DNA of 64,000 nucleotides, from NCBI GenBank assembly GCA_963737655.1, contig CAVTTN010000002.1, positions 6,656,001 through 6,720,000 on the forward strand. The letters are read 5' to 3'. The notes below the pieces were generated by a model. The model worked only from the letters and a program-made list of their open reading frames with translations, made no database searches and was not told where the DNA came from. The stretch is from an uncultured Planctomycetota bacterium. Its GTDB lineage: Bacteria > Planctomycetota > Planctomycetia > Isosphaerales > Isosphaeraceae. Below, piece after piece: positions 50,566 to 60,286 of this stretch. A program made the translations under genes and the position numbers. How positions within the stretch are numbered: the stretch's first letter is position 1; every line of letters begins with the position of its first letter.

Positions 50566-51138
50566 ATGAGCCCTGACCCCGACCCCTCGATGGACGCCGT
50601 CGGCGACGCGGCCGATTGCCCGACGCCCGAGCCGCCCGACGCCCCGGCCGGGGACGGCCCCGGGACCCAGGCGGGCCTCCTGCGCCGCCAGCTCGCCGGC
50701 CTGGACCTCCACGGCGCCTCGGGCCTCCGGCCGCTGATCGAGGTCGACGACTTCGTCGCCTACCTCGACGGCGCGGCCCGCGACGCCGGCGGGCCGGCCG
50801 ACCCGGTGGAGCGGATGCTCCTGGAACAGATGGTGGCCGCCCATCACGCCGTCGGGCGGGTGCTGGTGGAGGCCGCCAGCACGCGGGCGGTGGAGGCGGC
50901 GACGGCCTACCTCGGCGCCGCGGCCCGGCTGATGGCCGAGCACCGCGAGACGGCCCTGGCCCTGAGGGAGTACCGCTCCGCCGGGGCCGCCGGCCTCGCC
51001 CGCCCGGGCCAGGGCGACCCCCGCGTCGCGGCCGCCGGCCCGGAGGCCCTCGGGCCCCGGCTGGTGGAGGCCGGCGGGACCGACGGGCCGCCCGCTTCGA
51101 GGGGGGTGGGCCGTGGCCGAGCCGGCCGGGCCGCCTGA
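50566..51138 (+). CDS. Hypothetical protein of a phage/integrative-element module
   Basis: GGAGGTG RBS; PADPVERMLLEQMVAAHH...LALREYR. Confidence 0.7.
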   Translation: MSPDPDPSMDAVGDAADCPTPEPPDAPAGDGPGTQAGLLRRQLAGLDLHGASGLRPLIEVDDFVAYLDGAARDAGGPADPVERMLLEQMVAAHHAVGRVLVEAASTRAVEAATAYLGAAARLMAEHRETALALREYRSAGAAGLARPGQGDPRVAAAGPEALGPRLVEAGGTDGPPASRGVGRGRAGRAA

Positions 51139-51472
51139 GCCGCCCAGGGTCCGGGCCGGGCGGAGGAACCGGGCGCTGCGGGTGGGGCTGACGCCCGGGG
51201 GCCGGGAACGCCTGCGGGAGGCCGCCCGGGCGGGCCGGCCGTGGGAGCACGCCACCGGGCCGAGGACGGCCGAGGGCAAGGCCCGCTCGGCGGCGAACGG
51301 CCGGGCCGGGCAGTCGGGCGAGGCCTCCGCCCGCGGCCTCCGCGCCGAGCTCGCCGGGGTCCGGGCGCTGCTGGCCCGGATGCGCGAGGCCCGCCGCCAC
51401 CTGGCCCCGGCGCCCGGGCCGCGAGCCGACGACGACCGGCCGATCGCGGCCGAGGGCGCCCCCGAGGCCTGA
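51113..51472 (+). CDS. Small protein with STGP/TGPRTxEGK motif (HGGxSTG-related)
   Basis: LTPGGRERLREAA...PWEHATGPRTAEGKARSAANG. Confidence 0.7.
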   Translation: MAEPAGPPEPPRVRAGRRNRALRVGLTPGGRERLREAARAGRPWEHATGPRTAEGKARSAANGRAGQSGEASARGLRAELAGVRALLARMREARRHLAPAPGPRADDDRPIAAEGAPEA

Positions 51473-52012
51473 GGCGAGGCCGGCCCCGGGGACCCTGCCG
51501 GCCCCGGCACCGGGCCGGCGGTCGGCTCACGGCCTCGGGGCGGGACGGCCCGCCGCTGGGGCCTCCGCCCGGGGAAACCGCCTCCTGTCGGCATGCTGGC
51601 GGGACCGCGGACGTCCGGGTGAGGCGTGGGCCGGGGCCGCCCGGCCCTCGATCCAGGAAGTGGCGAGGCCCGCCACGCCGCGAGGCCCGGGCCTCGCGGA
51701 CGGGAGCCTTGCCGCTCGTCGGTCGCGGGTTTGGCAGGGGGGCCCGGCCGGGCCTCCTCCGGAGGCCCGTCGGAGACACGTCGCGGTTTCTCGTCGTCTT
51801 TCCGCACTTCCCCGCCGCCGCCGGATGGGGCCGGGCGAGGGCTGCCGGGGTCCTGGCGACTGCCACGACGGCGCCCGAGGTCGTGGCGGGCGGGGCGATG
51901 ACTGCGCCCCCGGAGAGGTCCCGGCCCCCGGCTCGTGCCGCCGGCCCCCGGCGACCCGGCCGGCGAGCGTTCTCGGGGTTCGGGATCGCCCATCGGTCGC
52001 CCAGGCCCCGGG

Positions 52013-52215
52013 CCCTGTCCGGTGAACCGCAAGCGGGACCCGCAGTTCGACGGGGAGGCGTACCGGCGGCGGGACGTGGTGGGCGATGCGCCATGTGGCT
52101 GAAGGAGAGCCGCCGGCTGGCGACCCGCCCCGAGGAGCCGGCGGTGGACTCCCAGGCGATGGTCGGACCGGCCATGATCCGCCGCGGCTTCAAGGCCCGC
52201 GGATCACCGGACGGG
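52013..52215 (+). pseudogene. IS5 family transposase C-terminal remnant
   Basis: NRKRDPQFDGEAYRRRDVV/RCAMWLKESRRLATR..AMV..AMIRR resembles YRxRNxVERxxxWLKxxRRxATRxxK. Confidence 0.7.
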
Positions 52216-52289
52216 AGCTGGCCGAGTGGCCGGAGGCGAACGGGCCGTAAGGGCTTGCGGTCTTCGCCCCGCCGGTGGCCCCGCCCCCG

Positions 52290-52511
52290 ATAGCGGCGGG
52301 TGATGACCGAGCCGAGGCGCCCGAACGAGGAGCCGGGGCCGCGGACTCGTTTGGCGGGGCCGTTCCCGCGCTGGCCGGCGGCCCTCCGCCTGGTCGGCGT
52401 CGTGATGCCGGAGATCGGCGACGAGCGGGAGGGGAGCCGCAAGCGGCTCGCGATGAAGCCGGACCGGCCCGCCGCCGGGCCGGGAATCCGAAGGATCGGA
52501 GTTGCACCACC
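52290..52511 (+). pseudogene. IS256 family transposase C-terminal remnant
   Basis: RPNEE...RTRLAGPFP...ALRLVGVVMPEIGDEREGSRKRLAM resembles ERLNxExxRRTRVxxxFP..LRLV..EEW. Confidence 0.65.
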
Positions 52512-52712
52512 CCGAAACTTATCGGCAACGACTCAAACACCCACAGCCCCTCTCGCCCCTCCTCGACCCCGGGCGCGTCGGCCCGTCCCTTGAGCCGCCG
52601 GCCGGGCGGTGGCATGATCGAGCCAACCCCACCCGGCCGCCGATCTTCGGAAGAAATTCCGGGCCGGCGCGCGCCCGCGACGTCGCGGGCGTCTCTTCCA
52701 GGGGAGGCACCC

Positions 52713-53270
52713 ATGCCCTTCGACGACGACGCCGGCCGGCCGATGGAGAACTTCCGCGAGTACCTCCGCCTCCTGGCCAGGGGCGGGCTGGACCCGAAGC
52801 TCCGCGGCGCCCTGGACCCTTCCGACCTCGTCCAGCAGACGCTCCTGAGGGCGCACCGCCAGAGGGACCAGTTCCGCGGGTCCACCGACGGCGAGCGCGC
52901 CGCCTGGCTGCGAGCGATCCTCGCCCGCCAGATCGCCGACGCCCTCCGCCGCCACGGCCGACGCCCCGAGGGCCGCGCCCGCTCCCTGGAGGCGGCCCTG
53001 GAGGCGTCCTCGGCGCGGCTCGGCGACTGGCTGGCCGCCGAGGCGCCCTCGCCCAGCCGCGTGGCGATGGGCCGGGAGCGGCTCCTGGCGATGGTCGAGG
53101 CGCTGGCCTCGCTGCCCGAGGACCAGAGGACGGCCCTGGAGCTGCGCCACCTCCGCGGCCTGTCGGTCCCCGAGGTCTGCTCAGCGATGGGCCGCACCCT
53201 CCCGGCCGTCGCCGGGCTGCTGCATCGCGGCCTGAAATCCCTGCGCGAGAGGATGGAGGAGGAGCCATGA
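52713..53270 (+). CDS. Planctomycete-type ECF sigma factor
   Basis: FREYLRLLAR..LDPKLRG.LDPSDLVQQTLL, LPEDQR.ALELRHL.GL..EV...MGRT..AVAGLL.RG; GGGGAGG RBS. Confidence 0.92.
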   Translation: MPFDDDAGRPMENFREYLRLLARGGLDPKLRGALDPSDLVQQTLLRAHRQRDQFRGSTDGERAAWLRAILARQIADALRRHGRRPEGRARSLEAALEASSARLGDWLAAEAPSPSRVAMGRERLLAMVEALASLPEDQRTALELRHLRGLSVPEVCSAMGRTLPAVAGLLHRGLKSLRERMEEEP

Positions 53271-56200
53271 CCGACGCCCCCGCCGCCGACGTCCCGGACC
53301 GCGAGCGACGCCTGTACGAGGCCCTGGGCGACTACTTCGCCGCCGTCGAGGCCGGCCTCGACCCCGACCGCTCCGCCCTGATCGCCCGCCACCCCGACCT
53401 CGCCGACTCGCTCGCCGAGTTCTTCTCCGGCCAGGACCGATTCCACCTCGCCGTCGGGCCTCTGCGCCCGTCGTGGGCGACGACCACGACGGGCCGTCCC
53501 CCGACCCGGCGCACACCGACGGCTCCGGGGGGATGGCCCCGCGTCGGCCCTCGCCAAGCGCCCGGACCTCGCTCTGGACCGACGGCGAGCGGCCGCCCGG
53601 GCTGGCCCTCCGCGACCCCGACCCGGCCGACGGCCCGCCCGGACTGCCCCGCCCCGGCCCCCTGCCAAGCTTCGCCGACGACGGCCGGCCGCCCCGCTAT
53701 CAACTCCTGGGCGAGATCGCCCGAGGGGGCATGGGGGCCGTGATCCGCGGCCGGGACGCCGACCTCGGCCGCGACCTGGCCATCAAGGTCCAGCTCGAAG
53801 CCCACCGCGACGACCCCGAGATGCTCCGCCGGTTCGTCGAGGAGGCGCAAATCGGCGGCCAGCTCCAGCACCCCGGGATCGTCCCGGTCTACGACCTCGG
53901 GGCCCTGGCCGACCGCCGCGCCTTCTTCGCCATGAAGCTCGTGCGAGGCCGCACGCTCTCGGCCCTCCTGCGCCAGCGCCCCGAGCCGTCGGCGGACCTG
54001 CCCCGCTACCTCGGCATCTTCGAGCAAGTGGCGCAGACGCTCGCCTACGCCCACGCCCGGGGCGTGATCCACCGCGACCTGAAGCCGTCGAACGTGATGG
54101 TCGGCTCGTTCGGCGAGGTCCAGGTGATGGACTGGGGACTCGCCAAGGTCCTCAAGGAGGGCGGAGAGGCCGACGACGATGCGGCCTCGCGGCCGGACGC
54201 CGGAGCCGGCGCCGTCCGCACCGTCCGCAGCGGCTCGGACGCCGCCGACTCCCGGGCCGGCTCCGTGCTCGGGACGCCCGCCTACATGCCGCCGGAGCAG
54301 GCCCGAGGGGAGATCGACCGCCTCGACGAGCGCGCCGACGTCTTCGGCCTCGGAGCCATCCTCTGCGAGATCCTGACCGGCAAGCCGCCGTTCGTCGGCG
54401 GCACGGCGGCCGAGCTTCGCGACCGCTCCGCCCGCGGCGACCTCGCCGACGCCCTCAGCCGCCTCGATTCCTGCGGCGCCGACGCCGAAATCCTCGACCT
54501 CGCCCGCTCCTGCCTCTCGGCCGACCCGCAATCTCGCCCTCGGGACGCCCGCATCGTCGCTGGGCGGATCACGGCCCATCTCGTGGGCGTCCAGGACCGC
54601 CTCCGAGCCTCGGAGCTGGCCCGCGTCGCCGCCCAGGCCCACGCCGAGGAAGAGGCCCGACGACGACGCCTGACCGTGGCCCTGGCCGGCGCGATCCTCG
54701 CCCTCGTCGTCGTCGGCGGCGGGGCCATCGGGCGGTCGATCCAGCAACGCCGGGTGCGCGACACCCGCATCGTCGCCCTCCTGGACGAGGCCGGCCGCGC
54801 CCTGGACCGCACCGAGAGGGCCGCGGGGCCCCAGGCGACCGCCGCGCGCGAGGCGGCGCGGACCGCCCTCACCACCGCCGAGGAGCTGCTCGGGCGGCGA
54901 TCCCGGGGGCGAACTCGCGGGCCGCCTCGACGCCTCCCGACGGAGGCTGGCGGCCACCGATCGCATCCGGCGCCTGGTCGCCGACCTGGAAGCGATCCGC
55001 GAGGAGTTCGCCGACATTCGGGACGCGGCGAGGTTGGAAGCCGCTTTCTCTGGGGCGTTCCGCGACTTCGGGTGGGACCCGGACCATCCCTCGAATCTCG
55101 ATGCCGGATTGGACCTCGCCATGGTCAGACGACAGGCCGGCGCCGAGATCGCGGTGGCCCTGGACAATTGGTCGAGCTTGCGCCGCGCCTGGGCGCGTGC
55201 GAGCGTAGCCTCGCCGCTGCGATCGCTCGCGGCGGCCTCGCACGCGCTCGATCCCGATCCCTGGAGGGACGGACTCCGAGCCGTGCTGGATCGTCCCGCA
55301 GACGAGGCCCGGGAGGCCCTGCTGCGGCTGGCCGACGACGAGGCCACGTTGCGACGCCAGCCGGCCGCGAGCCTGGTCCTGCTGGCCCAGGAGATCCGGG
55401 CTCTGCCTGACCGGGACCGCTCGGCGGCGATCCTTCGGGCCGCCTGGTCTCGGTTCCCCGGAGACTTCTGGATCGCGCACGACCTGGGGACGATCTCGGG
55501 GGCTCATGGACGATATAACAACCCCGAGGAAGCCGTCCGCTTCCTGACCGCCGCCATTGCGATTCGCCCCGGAAGCAGCGATGCTCACTTCGACCTCGGC
55601 CGAGTCTTGCATAACAAGGGGGACCTCGACGGCGCGGAAGCGGAGTGTCGCGAGGCGATCCGACTCAAGCCCGATCACTCTGGGGCTCACTTGAACCTCG
55701 GCGTCGCCCTGCGCCACAAGGGAGACCTCGACGGCGCATTAGCGGAGTATCGCGAGGCGATCCGACTCCAGCCCGATGACGCAGGGGCTCACAGGAACCT
55801 CGGCGGCGCATTGCTTGGAAAGGGGGACCTCGACGGCGCATTAGCGGAGTGTCGCGAGGCGATCCGACTCCAGCCCGATCTCGCAGACGCTCACAGCAAC
55901 CTCGGCGGCGCCCTGCAGGACAAGGGGGACCTCGACGGCGCATTAGCGGAGTATCGCGAGGCGATCCGACTCAAGCCTGATCACGCAGGGGCTCACTTGA
56001 ACCTCGGCGACGCATTGCTTGACAAGAGGGAACTCGACGGCGCGGTAGCGGAGTATCGCGAGGCGATCCGACTCAAGCCCGATCACGCAGGGGCTCACAA
56101 CAACCTCGGCCAGACGCTCCAGGCGCAGGGTCGCTACACCGAAGCCCTCGCAGAAATCCGTACCGGTCACGCGCTGGGCTCCCGACTTCCCGACTGGAGA

Positions 56201-56761
56201 TATCCATCGGCTCAATGGGTCGCCGAGGCCGAGCGAATGGTGGCCCTGTCCTCACGGCTTCCGACCGTCTTGCGGGGAGAAGACCGGCCCCGCGATCCCG
56301 CCGAAATCTTCGTGCTGGCCACGATCGCCTCTCAACGATCCCTCTATATGGGCGCCGCCCGGCTCTACGCCGGGGCACTCGACACCAACCCCAAGCTCGC
56401 CGAGGACCGCACCGCCCAGCACGCCTACAACGCCGCCTGCTGCGCCGCCCTGGCCGGATGCGGTCGGGGGAAGGATGACCCCCCGCCCGACGAGGCCGCC
56501 CGGGCGAAGCTGCGGGCGCAGGCCCTGGGCTGGCTCCGCGAGGAGGCGTCGGCCTGGAAGCGCGCGGCCCTGACCGCCGGCGATCCCGACCGGCCGAGCG
56601 TCGCCCCGACGCTCGCTCACTGGAAAGTCGATCCCGACCTCGCCGGTGTCCGCGACCCGGACGCGCTGGCGAAGCTGCCGGAAGCCGAGCGGGCCGCCTG
56701 GAAGGCGCTCTGGGACCACGTCGAGGCCCTGAGGAAGAAGGTCGCCCCGATCGGCCGTTGA
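53267..56761 (+). CDS. Ser/Thr kinase with TM segment and TPR repeats (two compensating apparent indels near 53468 and 54892)
   Basis: ATGA overlap with the sigma gene; IARGGMG, HRDLKPSN, DWG, GTPAYMPPEQ; six TPRs; C-terminal YNAAC...DPDLAGVR. Confidence 0.88.
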
Positions 56762-57177
56762 CGGATGGGGCTCGTCCGCCGACGGGGGCTCCCGATTCGG
56801 GGAGCCGCCTCGCGGCGGGCCAGGCCGGGCACGGTGCGCCCATCTCTCCCGCCCGCCCGATCCGGCGAGGGAGGCGCTCGCCCGGGCGTGGATTGGCCGC
56901 GATCGGGGCGAGTCCGGGCCGACGGGCCCCGCTCCGCATCCGACCTTGTGGAAAAAAATCTCGCCGTCGGCGCGCGCTGGATGCGGGGGCGGCGTCTGGG
57001 AGGGTAGACGACGGCGGCGGGGCATGGGGCCCGGCCGCCCAGGGGCTCGCGAGGTCCGGCGATGTCTTCGCCCGGCACGCTCGCGAGCCGACCGACCCCC
57101 TCGGGCGACCGGCCTGCACGCCCGGGGCATCCTGCGACCCACCCGACGCGGGCCGGGATTCGATGGAGATTCCGACC

Positions 57178-58806
57178 ATGACGCCCTTCCGCAACCCCCT
57201 GGCCCGATTTCGCACGACCGAACGCCTCCCCCGCCGCGGGCGCCGGGAGCTCCGATTCGAGGCCCTCGAAGGGCGCGCCCTGCTCTCGGGGATCGCCACC
57301 ATCACCGAGTTCCCCGCGGCGAGCGTCAACGCCGCGACCGGCGGGATCGTGGCAGGCCCCGACGGAAACCTCTGGTTCACCGAATCCGCGACCAACGCGA
57401 TCGGCATGATCAACCCGACCACTCACGCGGTCAGTTCCTTCGCCACTCCCACGGCGAGTTCGGACCCATGGGGAATCACGGTGGGAGCCGACGGCAACCT
57501 CTGGTTCACCGAACAGGGCGCGAACAAGGTCGGCATGATCAACCCAGCAACTCACGTCATGAGCGAGTTCGACACTCCGACCACCAACTCGGGTCCCAGG
57601 GCGATCACGGCAGGCCCAGACGGCAACCTCTGGTTCACCGAGATCCATTCCTACAAGATCGGGGTCATCAACCCGACGACCCATGCCATGAGCGAGTTCG
57701 CCCTGACGAACTCGGCCGTCGTCATGGGCGACGGAATCACCGCGGGCTCCGACGGCAACATCTGGTTCTGCGACCAGGGCTGGCAGGAGGTGGGGATGAT
57801 CAGCCCGACCACCCACGCCATTTCGTTTTTCGGGGTCGGAAAGTCAGCTTGGGGAATCGCATCCGGACCCGACGGTAACCTTTGGTTCACGGGGAATGGG
57901 TTCAACGGCACACCCAGGGGCATCGGCACCATCAACCCGACCACCCACGCCGTCTCTTCCTACACCACGGTTCCGATACCGCGGGGCATTACGACAGGCT
58001 CCGACAACAACCTCTGGTTCCTGGAGCCGAATAATGGCCAGATCGGCCGGATCGCTCCGACCACCGGCACCATCACCGAGTACCCGATCCCTTCGGTCAG
58101 CACGACCGGTGACAGCCTCACGACTGGCCCCGACGGCAACCTCTGGTTCATTGATAGCAACAACAACGCGATCGGCGAAGCCACCCTCACCACGTCTCAA
58201 CTCGTCGTGACGCAACGGCCGAGCACGGTCACCGCGGGCAACCTGTTCGGGCTCACGGTCGCGGCGGAGGATTCCTCGGGGAACCTCCTGACCTCGTACA
58301 ACGGCCCCCTGACGGTGTCTCTCGGGAACAACCCCGGCGGTGGCACGCTCGGCGGCACGCTCACGGCGACGGCGACGGACGGCGTGGCCACGTTCTCGGG
58401 GCTATCTCTCACGACGGCCGCGACGGGCTACACGCTGGGGGTCTCCGGCGGCGGGTTCGGGATCGGGACGACGTCGGCCTTCGCCGTGACGCCCGCGGCG
58501 GCCACGCAGATCGTGGTCACCTCGCAGCCGCCGTCGAGCGTCGCGACCAACACGGCGTTCACCGTCGTCGCGACCATCGAGGACCAGTACGGCAACGTCG
58601 TGACCTCGGCCAACAACTCGGTGACGGTGTCGCTGGGGAGCAACCCGGGCGGCTCGACGCTGGGCGGGACGACGACCGCCACGGCCGTGGACGGGGTCGT
58701 CACGTTCTCGGCCCTGAAGCTGAACAAGAAGGGCAAGGGATACACGCTCCGGCTCGCCTCGGCGGGGCTGACGGGGGCGACGACCTCCGCGTTCAACGTC
58801 TCCTGA
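57178..58806 (+). CDS. Secreted Vgb-like beta-propeller protein with Ig-like tail
   Basis: RFEALEGRALLS N-terminus; seven GPDGNLWF-type repeats; two QxPSxV...GVATFSGL domains. Confidence 0.88.
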   Translation: MTPFRNPLARFRTTERLPRRGRRELRFEALEGRALLSGIATITEFPAASVNAATGGIVAGPDGNLWFTESATNAIGMINPTTHAVSSFATPTASSDPWGITVGADGNLWFTEQGANKVGMINPATHVMSEFDTPTTNSGPRAITAGPDGNLWFTEIHSYKIGVINPTTHAMSEFALTNSAVVMGDGITAGSDGNIWFCDQGWQEVGMISPTTHAISFFGVGKSAWGIASGPDGNLWFTGNGFNGTPRGIGTINPTTHAVSSYTTVPIPRGITTGSDNNLWFLEPNNGQIGRIAPTTGTITEYPIPSVSTTGDSLTTGPDGNLWFIDSNNNAIGEATLTTSQLVVTQRPSTVTAGNLFGLTVAAEDSSGNLLTSYNGPLTVSLGNNPGGGTLGGTLTATATDGVATFSGLSLTTAATGYTLGVSGGGFGIGTTSAFAVTPAAATQIVVTSQPPSSVATNTAFTVVATIEDQYGNVVTSANNSVTVSLGSNPGGSTLGGTTTATAVDGVVTFSALKLNKKGKGYTLRLASAGLTGATTSAFNVS

Positions 58807-59599
58807 GGCGTCGCCGACGGGGCGAGTCCCCGGGGCGACGGCGGCCCCTCGGCCGCGCCCCCGGGCCGCCCCGCCGGTGGGGATCGGCCCGGCCGTCGCC
58901 GGTGCCGAAAGGCACGGCCCTCCGGGCTGCCGATGCGCCGGGAGCGGTGCGAGTGCTCGGGATCTCGGCCGGGTCGCCGGGATCGTCGCGACGGCCCCGG
59001 CACCGGCGACGAGGTCTCTCGCCGATGCTGACCAGGCCCCGGGCGTCCCCCTTGCGGTGCCGGCCGGGCGGACGGACCCACGGGCCGACCCGCTGGGTGC
59101 TCGAGTGCCGGGGCCGCCTCGGGACGAGGTCGGCGGCCGCCGGCGGCCTCGCCTCGGCCTCGCCGGCGCGCCGGTCGGAAGGCGTGGGACATCGGTGAAG
59201 GGCATCGGGCGGGTACCGGAGGTGGAACGTCCCCGGCCCGTCGCCGTCGATCTGGAGGGCGGCGAGGTAGGCGGCCGCGGGCCCGGAACGGGCGGCCGTG
59301 ACGGGGCCTGTCCCCGGGATCAGTCACGTGTCCGAATGGCCCCTTGGCGGCGAGGCGGATCCACCCGGACCGAAGGGGGACGCCTGCGGCGGGCCCGGCC
59401 GGCCCGGGCGCGTCTCGGCGCCAGGAAAATGCCCTCGTCGCCCCCCGGGTCGACCCGGGGGGCGACGAGGCGGGGGTGGTTTCAGGGGGTCGCGGTCCGT
59501 CCGCCTCACCGCCGGGCGACGAGCAGGGCGAGGGCCCCGCCGGCCGTGGTTCCTCCCGGGGTTGCGACAAAACCCAGGGGCCTGTAGGGCGGACCCGGC

Positions 59600-59830
59600 G
59601 GGGGTGGCCCTTCGGCGCTGGTCGAGCCATGGATCGGCGGTGGGGCCCGGCCGGGCCCCCTTCGCGGCGAAGGTCCGGAAGGATCGAGGGCGGGTCCTCG
59701 ACGACGCTCGTCGGCGAATCCCCCGACGGGCCGGTCGTGATCGAAGGGCGATCGGCCACGTCGGCCCTGGACCATCGCTCGGCGGATGCCCTCGCGGGGG
59801 GCGGGTACTCAGTCGTCCGAAGACCCATAT
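59600..59830 (+). pseudogene. Possible ISL3 transposase C-terminal remnant
   Basis: LRRW...PFAAKVRKDRGRVL...RI/GPV.IEG...HRSADAL; weak resemblance only. Confidence 0.3.
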
Positions 59831-60286
59831 CTGCCTCCGCCGCGGCCGCCCGCGCCGGTCGGCCCTGGGCCCCTCGACGAACTTCAGGACGGGAGGGCCG
59901 GGTGTGGCCTGGTGGCCTCGGTCATCTTCGAGGGACCTGAAGACCGCCCCGTCGGCGCCGGGGTCGGCCCCATCCGGCGAGGCCGCCGTGCGAAGGGGGC
60001 CATCCGTGGGATCGACGTCGCGGCGACGCTGCCCGCCCGGCCGGGGAGCCCGCGTGGGATGCCCTCGGTCGGCTCGTCGGGGCGGGCCTGACGGGCCGGC
60101 CGGTGCCGGGGACGCGCCCCTCGGGGGTCCTTCCGGCCCCGCCCTCGCGGCCGCGGCTGACCGATGAGGCGGGCTTTCGGCGATCCCCGGCCGGCCGGCA
60201 CGACGGTTACGGAGGACGGCCCCGACCGGGGCACCTCGGGCGTCCCGGCTCGGCCCGCCCCGGCGCTGTCTCGCCCGGGCCGGGCC

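Noticed and set aside
55560..56130. TPR repeats as template/variable repeats of a diversity-generating retroelement
   Set aside because: No reverse transcriptase in the window; the repeats are in-frame tandem units and differences are not confined to adenines
58810..60280. Protein-coding genes in the GC-extreme spacer
   Set aside because: ORFs lack RBSs, motifs and codon periodicity; at most degraded remnants
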